Positions 1 through 9,854 of a DNA stretch of 64,000 nt are shown here, piece after piece (position 1 is the first letter of the stretch; every line of letters begins with the position of its first letter). The translations under genes were made by a program, and so were the position numbers. The notes under the pieces are model-generated. The model made no database searches, was not told the DNA's origin, and saw nothing but the letters and a program-made list of their open reading frames with translations. The stretch comes from Candidatus Poribacteria bacterium (GTDB lineage: Bacteria > Poribacteria > WGA-4E > PCPOR2b): NCBI GenBank assembly GCA_965215015.1, contig OZ244042.1, positions 864,001 to 928,000 of the forward strand. Direction: 5' to 3'.

Positions 1-199
1 GAAACGCTTCCCGCTTCTCCTCCACGATATCGCACGCGGCGACCATTTCTGTCTCCTCAACGACCGCATAGCCCCCGGCGTGGCAGTAAGGTAACACCAA
101 ACCACCACGCTGGGGGCCTTGTTTCCTTCTCGCTATCTGTTCATCTTCAATAGTGTTCGCCATGCGGCCGCAGCCGATGATACCGATCTTTAGTTTCAT
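1..199 (-). CDS. Gfo/Idh/MocA family oxidoreductase, N-terminal part (runs off the window)
   Basis: Manual translation MKLKIGIIGCGRMA...HAGGY...EMVAACD; Rossmann GxGxxA motif; GGAG RBS upstream. Confidence 0.8.
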   Translation of the reverse strand, partial: MKLKIGIIGCGRMANTIEDEQIARRKQGPQRGGLVLPYCHAGGYAVVEETEMVAACDIVEEKREAF

Positions 200-273
200 A
201 TGGACTCCCTCCTAATAACCTTCGGTGCTAGTTGGCAAGGATATCGTTGCCCCATCGTTCAAGAGTTCATTGG

Positions 274-303
274 TGTAGGTCGGGCTAGGGAGTTCGACCT
301 ACA
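274..303. repeat. REP-like GTAG hairpin
   Basis: tgtaggtcg...cgacctaca inverted repeat in intergenic DNA. Confidence 0.5.
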
Positions 304-634
304 GGGATCATTTAAAAACGCCCCAAGAAACCGAGTTTTTGCCAAGTGGGGGCGGGATGACTCCGACCCCGATAAATCGAGATGCAAGCACCTACGGTTT
401 CAATTGCACGATTTCTTAACATAAGCCAAGAAAGTTAGAGATTTAAGGATTTACGTCAGGTCGCTAAAATCAAGATTTCACACTGCTACACGTTGGTCCA
501 TAGATATGGTGTTTTAATGCCTTCCAAGAGCAAGAAGGTGGTGTTGAGTTTCTGCCGTAACGGGGGGTAGTCAAATACGAACCACTGTTGACCTTGACTG
601 TTTGTCACCATCCGGTTCGGCGTGAAGAGAAGGA

Positions 635-1387
635 TTATTCCATTGACCTCGAAAAGGGATAATCTCGTATACGTAAATCTGTCCGCCATTCAGACATATT
701 GCCGCCTTTTTTGCTTTTGGCCTTATTAATTTGTGCCCAAGACTCGCCCATCTGTTTGACAAAAAGCGGAACATTCGCTATATAGCATTGGTCTCGGATC
801 TGGATAACCCAGTCTTCGTGCATGGGTCTCGCCCTTGGGCCTGATTCCCCACCAACAATCACCCAATCAATTCGATCCAAGCTCAAACCTGAAATCGGGC
901 CAAGTAATGGTTCAAGGGAGAGGAATTTGGTTACGGCATCCGTTTTTCTCAGACGATCAATGCGGAAAGTATAATCTTGGTTTTCAACGCTGACGCCCAT
1001 CCACACGTTATCTGGCCAATCAATCTGACCGTTCAACTCCAGCAACCGTTGAGAACGCTTCGTCAGAACTTGGAACTGATGCCAAGACGCACGCCGCATC
1101 ACCTTAAAGACTTCCAGAATAAAATCTACAGGAACCTCATCATGAAACAGGTCACTCATTGAATTGACAAAAATCAACTGAGGTTTTTTCCACGAAAGGG
1201 GTTTTTCTAGCATCCGTTCATGGACCGTGGGATCGAATCCATTTGCGTAGTTCCGTTGCCCCATCGCTTGCAGACGCAAGGACATCCTTTCCGCATAACA
1301 ATGCTTACAACCCGGGCTGATCTTTGTGCAGCCTGTTACTGGATTCCAGGTGGCTTCGGTCCATTCAATGCTTGATTTAGTGGACAT
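635..1387 (-). CDS. DUF5131 (phage Gp37/Gp68) family protein with three-Cys motif
   Basis: SSIEWTEATWNPVTGCTKISPGCKHCYA, IFVNSMSDLFH, LTKR, WVIVGGESG. Confidence 0.92.
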   Translation of the reverse strand: MSTKSSIEWTEATWNPVTGCTKISPGCKHCYAERMSLRLQAMGQRNYANGFDPTVHERMLEKPLSWKKPQLIFVNSMSDLFHDEVPVDFILEVFKVMRRASWHQFQVLTKRSQRLLELNGQIDWPDNVWMGVSVENQDYTFRIDRLRKTDAVTKFLSLEPLLGPISGLSLDRIDWVIVGGESGPRARPMHEDWVIQIRDQCYIANVPLFVKQMGESWAQINKAKSKKGGNMSEWRTDLRIRDYPFSRSME

Positions 1388-1396
1388 AATGACTCT

Positions 1397-2248
1397 TCAC
1401 TCCTTCAGGATATCTTGCGCGATGTCGACTGCCGTTGGTGCACCTCTTGGGTTTCCCGCTGCAAAGCAGAGCAGATACAGTGGGTTGTTTCGTGAGTTAT
1501 AAAGACGAAGCGGATTCTTTGCTACCTTTGTAAACACGGTCCGTAAGCGTTTGACGAAATATTGGGCGATTGATTGGAAATCGACCTTTTTCCGAGTTAC
1601 CATTTCTTTACCAAACAGGGTTGTTTCTGAAACAGTTTCGTAAACCGTATCATACCAATCGGTAGTACCAAAAAACCTGTCAAGTTTGTCTCGCACAGTG
1701 GTGTCAACATTACCATCTTTTTTGAGTAATCTATTGACTGCAATACCGAGCGGAAAGAGTATCCATAAATCAATTGCCCGTGTGTTGGCAATCGCAGCTA
1801 TTGTGCGCCACTCTACTTCCATGCCATAAGGATCGAGAAATAAAACGGCCCGATGTATCCTCCAGTCCCTGTCACATAGGTCATTCAAATACTTATTTGC
1901 ATCGGATTGAACCAATTCGATATCGTTTGACGGGAATTCAGCTTTGAGTTTTTGTAATTCAGTGAACCGGTTTTCGTTCTTTTCGATAAAAATATATTTT
2001 GGGAATCTCGGTTGGACTTGAAGCGCAATCCGCGCAGAACCCTCTACTTCTTGTTTTGCTATTTCAGGGAACATCAGATTAGCATCTTGCTCGTATACCC
2101 GCCATCCCGTACCAGCAAAAGCATCTATATACGCAAAGTGAAAATTCTTATCCTTCATAATCGTTGTATACGCCTTAAGATACTTTCGTACACGCTCCAA
2201 TTTTTCCGTTGTCCAATCGCCCCCGAAGTTTTGTTGGCCTTGTCTCAT
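1397..2248 (-). CDS. tcmP: three-Cys-motif partner protein TcmP (SAM methyltransferase-like fold)
   Basis: WTTEKL..KYL.AY, YIDAFAGTG, GSARIAL, FLDPYG, PLYLLCFA; adjacent to DUF5131. Confidence 0.85.
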   Translation of the reverse strand: MRQGQQNFGGDWTTEKLERVRKYLKAYTTIMKDKNFHFAYIDAFAGTGWRVYEQDANLMFPEIAKQEVEGSARIALQVQPRFPKYIFIEKNENRFTELQKLKAEFPSNDIELVQSDANKYLNDLCDRDWRIHRAVLFLDPYGMEVEWRTIAAIANTRAIDLWILFPLGIAVNRLLKKDGNVDTTVRDKLDRFFGTTDWYDTVYETVSETTLFGKEMVTRKKVDFQSIAQYFVKRLRTVFTKVAKNPLRLYNSRNNPLYLLCFAAGNPRGAPTAVDIAQDILKE

Positions 2249-2555
2249 TCCACTCCTCCTAGTCTTAATTATACCACATATACGTTAAGCATTCAATTTT
2301 ATATTACGACTGTAGTTTTCACTATGATTTCCACTCCCACCGTCGACCCGTTCATTCCTGAAGCATAGGCAGCAGAGCATTAAACCGATTATATAGCACA
2401 TTGAAATTTTAAGCAACGGATAAAACGAGAGAACCTCAAGCAAAATCAGTTGTTGCTTTTTCTGAAAGACTCGTATACAATAATTCGGGACACAATCAAC
2501 AGGCATTAGAACGTTCAACCCCTTTCCGCTTATTGTTGAGTTGAGGAGATAGAAC

Positions 2556-2723
2556 ATGCCAACTCCGATGGAAGAATACCTGTTCGACCTGCACGGTTAC
2601 ACAGTTATCAAGGGTGCACTCGATCCCGATCATCTCCGCGCTATGAACAATTTTCTTGATGCGCTACCACAGCGGCGGGCAATTGTCCAACCAATCATAC
2701 CTCGCAGACCACCCATAAAATAA
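2556..2723 (+). pseudogene. truncated phytanoyl-CoA dioxygenase N-terminal stub (55 aa)
   Basis: GAGGAG RBS then MPTPMEEYLFDLHGYTVIKGAL, similar to the N-terminus of 11093..11914 (EKYLFDLNGYLVVKNVL); similarity lost after ~38 aa. Confidence 0.75.
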
Positions 2724-2760
2724 AGAGGCCCATATCACAAAGAAAGTGTTAAACGCTAGG

Positions 2761-2794
2761 AGAAACCGAGTTTTTTCTTGAAAACTCGGTTTCT
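2761..2794. repeat. palindromic repeat AGAAACCGAGTTTT-N6-AAAACTCGGTTTCT
   Basis: Perfect 14-bp inverted repeat; one arm also occurs near 327-340. Confidence 0.65.
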
Positions 2795-2842
2795 GTTGCA
2801 CAATTTCTTAACATGAGACGAGAAATAAGAAAGGAGACCGGT

Positions 2843-4384
2843 ATGGACAAACGAGAAATCACCAACGAAGAGAATTATCATTTCGACGTGACGGGTTATC
2901 TTATCGTCCCCGGTGTTTTGACCGCGGATCAGCTGAAAGCCTGCAACAAAGCACTCGATCAGTTAGAAACCGCTGACGGGGCGATCCCATCAAGCGTGTC
3001 TTCCTGCTCTGCTTTACACTTCCTGCGCGATCATCCTGTGTTGATGCAGTATTTGGAGGAGATCTGCGGTGAAAATTTCCGGATAGACCGGTCACCTCAC
3101 CTGATCGAGGTCAAGGGTGATTGCTCTGAAGATGGCAAGGTATCTCTGGCAGGAGGTAGCGAATGGCAGGACTGGTCCCGCGCTTATCGTCAGCACAATG
3201 GCTCCCGTTTCTGTCAGGGCCTGCGGGCGATATGGGCATTGGGGGATGTAAACGAAGGCGATGGCGGATTGGTGGTGGTTTCAGCAAGCCATAACAGCTC
3301 GGTCGATGCTCCCCAAGAACTGGTGAAGGGAGATGACGATATGGGTTTGGTTATGCAACCGGTTTTGCAGGCAGGCGATTTGTTGTTATGCGCTGAATCC
3401 CTGATGTGGGGGATACGTTCTTGGCGAGGGAAAGGGCCCCAACGCCTGCTTGAATGCGGCTATATCAGTGCCGAAGTCCGTCCGTCCGCAGGGTCTGAAA
3501 TTACCGGCGAAGACGATATGATGCCCGAATGGACAGCGGAACTAACGCCGGTGCAGCGCGCCGTGTTACATAACCCCAATCGAGGCTATCCACCGCCTGT
3601 GGTGCACTCGGATGGTAAGATGGTTTCGCTGGCAGCGGAGCCCGATATCTTTCACCCTTCAATCTATAAACGAGATCCGGATTCGGGGATCGACGAGAAG
3701 GAATTTTTTCACTGGGATCTGTGCGGTCACCTTGTGTTACGAGGAGTGATGGATGCAGACTGGCTGGCAGCGGCTAACGAAGCGATTGATGCCAACGCCG
3801 ACCGGATCAGCACCGGCGGTTCTGCGGCTGGAGATTCAAAGCCGTTAGCGGGGACGGGGGTAGGCAGATCGTCAATGGGCAATCCGTGGCAGCTACCCGC
3901 GCCGTATGGCGAGCCGTTCCAAAGGATGATTGCTCATCCCGCCCTGATTCAACGCTTGAATTGGATCATGGGCAGCGGGTTCGAGTGTATGATGTGCAAC
4001 GCGTTCTTGTCGGGGAAAGGGTCATCTGGACATGCTCTGCACGCCAACGGTTTTCCATCAAGGGTGACCAACCACTACCGCCAGCAAAATGGTCGTGTCT
4101 ATAGTGAGTATCTCAATGTCGCTTGGCAATTGCGCGATGTCACCTTGGCGGATGGCGGCTTTGTTTGTGTGCCGGGCAGTCATAAGACGAGCTATCCCAT
4201 GCCCGACGGAATCCGGACGTGCGATAACGAGATGGGTATGGTGCGGCATGTGGAGATGAAGGCAGGCGATGTGCTCCTTTTCCTGGCATCGGCCCAAACT
4301 CACGGGGCGTACCCTTGGACAGGAGAACAGAACCGCCGAATGATCTTCTTCCAGTACCGGTCCCGGAATTTGTATGCACCTTAA
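2843..4384 (+). CDS. tandem two-domain phytanoyl-CoA dioxygenase (PhyH) family protein
   Basis: Two repeats of (Y/F)H(F/W)D..G.L...GV, GG...V..SH and AGD.LL; AAGGAG RBS before ATG 2843. Confidence 0.85.
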   Translation: MDKREITNEENYHFDVTGYLIVPGVLTADQLKACNKALDQLETADGAIPSSVSSCSALHFLRDHPVLMQYLEEICGENFRIDRSPHLIEVKGDCSEDGKVSLAGGSEWQDWSRAYRQHNGSRFCQGLRAIWALGDVNEGDGGLVVVSASHNSSVDAPQELVKGDDDMGLVMQPVLQAGDLLLCAESLMWGIRSWRGKGPQRLLECGYISAEVRPSAGSEITGEDDMMPEWTAELTPVQRAVLHNPNRGYPPPVVHSDGKMVSLAAEPDIFHPSIYKRDPDSGIDEKEFFHWDLCGHLVLRGVMDADWLAAANEAIDANADRISTGGSAAGDSKPLAGTGVGRSSMGNPWQLPAPYGEPFQRMIAHPALIQRLNWIMGSGFECMMCNAFLSGKGSSGHALHANGFPSRVTNHYRQQNGRVYSEYLNVAWQLRDVTLADGGFVCVPGSHKTSYPMPDGIRTCDNEMGMVRHVEMKAGDVLLFLASAQTHGAYPWTGEQNRRMIFFQYRSRNLYAP

Positions 4385-4562
4385 GGGAGAGATTGGCGAT
4401 TATTATAGTCAGAATAACGGTCAAAAAGCGCAGTTTCTGGCAGGGACAATATATCCAATTCGGCATAGGAGCCCCAAATCTGCATTCGCAACTTGGGTTT
4501 GCTTATGTTGAGAGCGTTTTGGCGTTCGGCTCTTGTTGTCTTTTGCTATCAAGTTTCACCCA

Positions 4563-5171
4563 TTATACCGACCTATGCGCTACAACAATAAATCCAGCCA
4601 AGCCGCCGAGGAGAATCTGAAAGCCTGTTTGGTAAAGCAAGATAGCAAAAGGTTGACAGAGAAAGACCAATCCAAGCACGATTGCACCGATTGAGATGCG
4701 TTCGATTAACAGTTTTCGTGGGGATATAATCGCGAGCACAATTATGCCCGTCAAAATAAGGTGAAGTCCGCTGCTTTGCAGAAGCTCGCTAAAGGATTGG
4801 TAAAGGGCAACAAACCCGATTGTCAGGATCACCGTCGATGCAATTTCTGTGAATCGACTCAGGCGTGTTGTCATGCCAAAAGCGATTGCGCTGGCAGAAA
4901 GTAGGTAGAAAGCAGAATCGCGTAAAACTGGGGAGAGGGGCAAATAAAGAAATAAAAAACCGGCGATAAGTCCTAATCCAGCAATCATTCCGATGATTCG
5001 CTTGTCCGAAAAGAAGAGGGCGGATAAGATAGCGGAAATGATTAGCAGCGGTAAAGCAACTCCCCGGAGCAAAACTGAGGACGGTTGATAGAGAAACACC
5101 AAACCGACAATAAGGGCCCCACCAGCAATCAGCTGATTACGACGTTGCTTTGTCATTGATTGAATCCTCAA
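4563..5171 (-). CDS. multi-pass membrane protein of unknown function
   Basis: About 8 short hydrophobic segments with internal repetition. Confidence 0.65.
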   Translation of the reverse strand: MRIQSMTKQRRNQLIAGGALIVGLVFLYQPSSVLLRGVALPLLIISAILSALFFSDKRIIGMIAGLGLIAGFLFLYLPLSPVLRDSAFYLLSASAIAFGMTTRLSRFTEIASTVILTIGFVALYQSFSELLQSSGLHLILTGIIVLAIISPRKLLIERISIGAIVLGLVFLCQPFAILLYQTGFQILLGGLAGFIVVAHRSV

Positions 5172-5188
5172 AGCTTATCCAAAGGACT

Positions 5189-5683
5189 CTAGGAACCTTT
5201 GGACTCTCGCCGTCCGAAGATGTCCCAAAATTTTTTACGGGAAGCAGCTTCAGCCGCCTCTCGTAGCTGGATTTGCTCTGCTAGCTCACTCTCTAAGGTA
5301 TCAACCCTTTGTTGTAATTCTTTGGTGTGGTACCGCAATTGCTCATTTTGTTCTTGTAACTCTTGATGTTTGCTTGTTAAATCCGCATTCTCCTCTTGAA
5401 CAAGCGTGAGGTGCAACACCTGACTAGCGAGATTTTTAATAATGTCTGAGGTTGGGATATTAAACGCCAGTTTGGTGATGAGCAACGGCAGCCCTTCACG
5501 CTCTAAAAGCAGCGTTTGAGGTTGGGAGAATGAGAGGTTGACACCTGCTTCTTCTCCCGAAACATCGGGATCACGCAGATAAGGGGCGAGATCTTCATCA
5601 CGGCGTTCAAGGCTTTGTCGAATAATAGCCTCTTCGACGCCAATCATACTCGCAATTTCGGATACGGTGAGCGGAACTGCCAT
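5189..5683 (-). CDS. HTH-like N-terminus, coiled coil and C-terminal amphipathic helix (RacA/DUF3967-like architecture)
   Basis: LTVSEIASMIGV; heptad E/Q/L region; KKFWDIFG tail. Confidence 0.55.
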   Translation of the reverse strand: MAVPLTVSEIASMIGVEEAIIRQSLERRDEDLAPYLRDPDVSGEEAGVNLSFSQPQTLLLEREGLPLLITKLAFNIPTSDIIKNLASQVLHLTLVQEENADLTSKHQELQEQNEQLRYHTKELQQRVDTLESELAEQIQLREAAEAASRKKFWDIFGRRESKGS

Positions 5684-5707
5684 GTTATATGTTCTCTGAC
5701 TTGGCTG

Positions 5708-6346
5708 CTACGTTGCTTTTTTGGGGCGATTTTTGTCCTGTTGCAACAAACGCAACAACTGCCAACTATAGTTCGAGACCGAAACCATCGCGAACGCTAA
5801 ACCGATGCATAAAACATAAAAGGGAATAGATGGAGGGATTAATTTACTATCCACTAAGACATTATCCGCTAAGCCGTAGAGAACTAGAGCGGTTGCAAGG
5901 AAAAAGGTGGTGCATTTGCCCCACCCATCAGATCGGGCAATGGTCTGCGTTCGATGGAACAGAAAAATGTTGGCAATCACAATTAAAACATCTCGAATAA
6001 TCACAATGACAAAAGCCCAGAGCGGGAAACTTGAGTTAGATAAAATGAGGGCAATAATCACTGCACTGATTATCGTCTTATCAGCAATTGGGTCTAAAAT
6101 CTTACCCAGATTGGTGCGCTGATTCAGACGTCGTGCGAAGTAACCATCAAGCATGTCGGTCAGAATTGCCAGTCCGCCTATCACCAACACCGCCAAGTGG
6201 GATCGACGAATGATGGCGTGAAAGATAAATGGGGTCAACCCAAGCCGTATGATGGACAATAGGTTGCTGACATAGAAAAAATTCCGCACCGCAATTAGCG
6301 AGCTAGATGTTTGAGGAGAGTGATTTGAAGCGAGTTGACGTTGCAT
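5708..6346 (-). CDS. CDP-alcohol phosphatidyltransferase (PgsA-like)
   Basis: NLLSIIR and the signature TDMLDGYFARRLNQRTNLGKILDPIADK. Confidence 0.9.
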   Translation of the reverse strand: MQRQLASNHSPQTSSSLIAVRNFFYVSNLLSIIRLGLTPFIFHAIIRRSHLAVLVIGGLAILTDMLDGYFARRLNQRTNLGKILDPIADKTIISAVIIALILSNSSFPLWAFVIVIIRDVLIVIANIFLFHRTQTIARSDGWGKCTTFFLATALVLYGLADNVLVDSKLIPPSIPFYVLCIGLAFAMVSVSNYSWQLLRLLQQDKNRPKKAT

Positions 6347-6389
6347 TGTTGTCCTCGATTCCGAGAGCAGCGATAAAAAAAATCGCCGT

Positions 6390-7097
6390 TTAATTCAGAG
6401 AGGCGTTTTCCCACGGTGATACGTTAGTGTCGTGCTTTTCAAAATTTCTTCGAGCAATCAGGCTTATTTTCAATCTTCGATTTTCTCGTTCAAGAAGTTC
6501 AGTTTCTCTGTTCAAAAGCCGATGTATAGATAATGTCTCTATTAACTGTTGTTTGTATGTCAGGGGAATCTGGAGTCGTGTAGCGATTTGGTAAGATAGA
6601 TGATCGGGTGCCGTCGGAATTTCCTCCACAACCTTCCACTGGGGAACCAACTCTGCTAACAACGATTCGTAAGTTCGGTATAACTGAATGGCTCGGACAA
6701 CAGGCATCTCAGAGTCTTCGGGCGGCTCTGTATCATCCACCTCCAATACCTTGACCTGACCAACTAAATAGGGCAGATTCCGCCGAATTTTCACAATTTC
6801 AAAACGGTGCTGCCCCAGCGTTATCAGATTCATCCGACCATCTTCAAGCTGGTCCACCTCTATGATTTTGACAGCAGTTCCAATGAGATAGGGTTCAGCA
6901 TGTTCGCCCACTTCCCTGCCCTTTTTGATGAGGACAATGCCGAAAAGCCGATCATTATCTAAGCAATATTGGATCATCAAGCGATACCTCTGTTCAAAAA
7001 TATGGAGTGGCAAGACACCCCCCGGAAACAGGACAGCCTCCAGTGGGAAGATGGGCATTTCATTCTCAGCGAGTTCTTGGATTAAGTCGGTTTGCAT
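6390..7097 (-). CDS. LON peptidase substrate-binding domain protein
   Basis: PIFPL..VLFPG..LPLHIFE.RY..M, DGRMNL...G..RF; no AAA or protease domain. Confidence 0.88.
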   Translation of the reverse strand: MQTDLIQELAENEMPIFPLEAVLFPGGVLPLHIFEQRYRLMIQYCLDNDRLFGIVLIKKGREVGEHAEPYLIGTAVKIIEVDQLEDGRMNLITLGQHRFEIVKIRRNLPYLVGQVKVLEVDDTEPPEDSEMPVVRAIQLYRTYESLLAELVPQWKVVEEIPTAPDHLSYQIATRLQIPLTYKQQLIETLSIHRLLNRETELLERENRRLKISLIARRNFEKHDTNVSPWENASLN

Positions 7098-7433
7098 GTG
7101 ATAACCCCCGATTTGATTGATAGACACAGCGGCTGCATGTTTTTGTTAATTTCAAGTGTAGCACACGATGCGATGAGTGTCAATAGAGAAATAGTTCATA
7201 CCAAAAGAAAGCGTAAAACGCTAAGAGCATGAAACGTGACGCCTCGATAGGATTGGGAGAACACCCGGAATATCGCGCGATGTTCCGGGCTGATTGAGCC
7301 AGATTATAGCGCGATAATGTCTGGTATCTTCGTAAGTCTCCGATGAATCAAACCCAACGATACCGGGACGTGAAACGTGAAAACAATTTGTTCATTGATA
7401 TAGTATGCAAGGGAAAAAGGAGAGACGGGACAG

Positions 7434-7975
7434 ATGAAATTTGAATCACAAGGCTTGCTGCTACAGATTGAGAGAGACGCCATAGCATGTCATCTTGAGG
7501 ACAGGATACCGTCTTCAAGCTTCAGAAGCAGAACCATTGCAAAAATCGGGGACATTCCTAACCTTACTTGCATAAGAGGGGACAGTTGCGCGGTTGTGTC
7601 GATCATATTGTATCCGATAAGCCGTTATATGAAACTGTTACAGAGGCTGCCATTGCTGAGGCGACCCACGATCCGCGCTTCCGCAGGGTGAAGCCCTCAG
7701 AAATACCAAAATTCAAAATTGAAAACTCTGTCCTGACACCTCTCCAACCCCTTGAATGTGTCGAAGACTTGGAAATTGGCATTCACGGCTTGTATATCAA
7801 ACACGGTGTGCACAGCGGCCTGTTGCTGCCACAAGTTACAACAGTACACAACTGGAATCGCACTCAATTCCTCCAGGGGGCTTGCGAAAAAGCACAGCTA
7901 TCGGAGGATGCATGGCAAGATCCAGAGACCGAGATATATTTGTTTAGCTCACAGATATCTGGTGAAACACTCTAG
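7434..7975 (+). pseudogene. AMMECR1-domain protein (AmmeMemoRadiSam protein A), frameshifted
   Basis: Conserved GTFLTL and HKRGQLRGC lie in different frames near 7550-7570; downstream DPRF, SVL, GLLLPQV, KA.L..DAW intact. Confidence 0.75.
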
Positions 7976-8062
7976 CCTTTCAAAGGTTAGGAGCCTCCTC
8001 ACATCTACTTTCCCCTTTCCAGATGTCTTTAATTATTATAAAATTGCACACCGAAATCTGGA

Positions 8063-9397
8063 CTACCTACTCTCATCACTCTGGTTAATGCTTTTTCGGC
8101 GCGTATAGAACTTCGGGGTTTCCTGAAACTTATTGCGATAATAGGTAACGGTTCGGCGAGCAATTTTTGTATCGTATTCCTGTTCAAGGAGGGCCGCGAG
8201 TTCGGCATCGCTGTACGGCTTCTCACGCTTACCCGATGCCAATTCTTGGTGTTCTCGCACGGCGATTAAGCGACGAACAACCTCCCCTTTACTCTGACAA
8301 AAGAATTTGAGCGGCAGGATACCTGTGGACGTGTCAATGCGTTTGTCTTGCAGAATACGGCTGACAGTGGATTCGTGCTCGCCAGATTCTCTGGAGAGCT
8401 CGGCTTGGCTTAAGGGCTTCAGGTGCAGTTCATCCCCACTGACGAAATAACGGTATTGGTACTCGTAGATGAACATAACGATGCGAAAGGTAAGGCTTTT
8501 GCGTTGATTGATGAGGCGAAGTTGGTCGAGCAGCTGCGCTGCTTCTTTGTCAGTTTCCTGATCGCTAGGGAGCTGGATCTGGTAGCGAGAATTATACTCG
8601 ATTTCCGATGAAACGTGAATTTCGGCGCGCGGCGGATTGTTGAGTTGTCGTACGGTCGCCACGGTCTGGGGAGATTGGCTCGAGGGCACAGGCGTATTGA
8701 TGACTGTGACCTGTGCCGCACTCGCAATTTGGACTCGATCTACAAGGTCGCGAATCTCATGAACCACGCTTTGTGGAATCCCCAGCTCATCAGCGATATC
8801 TTCTGACTCGGCACTCGTATCCATGAAATATTCGACAAACTCCGACTGCGTGATGTCGTATGTCTCCGTCAGCTTGGCAAGCTCCTCATAAGATTCTGTC
8901 GATTCAAGTGGCACTTGTGCTGTTGGTGGCTCGTGAAATTCCGGATCATCAAGGCGCAGATGAAACCCAGGATTATCTTCGTACCCTGCCCAAGACCTTT
9001 TGAGATAACGACAGTATTCGAGCGCGTGAAGGAGCCGCCCGCGCGGCACTCGGTACTTAACCGCCAGTTCCACGATGTGCCGCCGTGCGTCCTCTCGAAA
9101 AAAATCGCGCTGCCAATCGCCGCGTTCCTCAATCTCAAACTCTTGCATAAATTCCACGAACTGACGGTCTTGGAACTCCTCATACAGATGACGCGGAATC
9201 CGTCCCTGAAAGCTGGTTTTTCGGACGTATCCTTCCTCAACCAAACGCTGAAAGGCTTGCTGCGATTCGACCTGCCGCACATATTCCTGAAACTCCTGCT
9301 CATTTTGTGTTAACAGATCGAGATACGTGTCAGGGGGACGCACAGATCTTACAGTGGGTACAACTGAGATTTGCGGCTTTGGTCCGATAATACGCAT
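8063..9397 (-). CDS. rpoN: divergent RNA polymerase sigma-54 factor
   Basis: LKPL...HESTVSR HTH, LKFF, PYSD..L, RpoN-box variant IARRTVTYYR. Confidence 0.8.
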   Translation of the reverse strand: MRIIGPKPQISVVPTVRSVRPPDTYLDLLTQNEQEFQEYVRQVESQQAFQRLVEEGYVRKTSFQGRIPRHLYEEFQDRQFVEFMQEFEIEERGDWQRDFFREDARRHIVELAVKYRVPRGRLLHALEYCRYLKRSWAGYEDNPGFHLRLDDPEFHEPPTAQVPLESTESYEELAKLTETYDITQSEFVEYFMDTSAESEDIADELGIPQSVVHEIRDLVDRVQIASAAQVTVINTPVPSSQSPQTVATVRQLNNPPRAEIHVSSEIEYNSRYQIQLPSDQETDKEAAQLLDQLRLINQRKSLTFRIVMFIYEYQYRYFVSGDELHLKPLSQAELSRESGEHESTVSRILQDKRIDTSTGILPLKFFCQSKGEVVRRLIAVREHQELASGKREKPYSDAELAALLEQEYDTKIARRTVTYYRNKFQETPKFYTRRKSINQSDESR

Positions 9398-9854
9398 ACG
9401 CACTTCCTCACTAAATGCCCCTCTATGTATGAACATCTATAGAGTAGCAAACCGTTAAGTAAACGTCAATCTAAAAAATCAGGCGATAGAAATACGTAAG
9501 TGAGCAAGTGTATTTCCAATCTGAAAACGTCTAATTGCTGGCGACGCAAATTATAGAACGGGCAACCCTGATAGGAAGGAGAGATCGCCATTATTGATGA
9601 GAAGCACACGTCTCAGATTTTCTTCGAGCAATCCACCCAATACAAATGCGGGGGCTTGTTCCAGCCCGTAAGCCAGAAACGAGGCGATTGTTGCGCCGGC
9701 ACTCTGCGTATTTATATCTTTCTATGGACACACCTTTTTTGATTGATGGAAGATTCGGTGTTTGCTATAATTTATATCATCTAAACGGGTCCGAGCAGGG
9801 AATTCATATTTCAGCGCGGGCATTTCACGTCCTCACGCGAGAGGAGGAAAGATC

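Noticed and set aside
9540-9720. Possible cobalamin riboswitch (aagccag motif)
   Set aside because: The other conserved elements were not recognisable by eye; needs an Rfam search.
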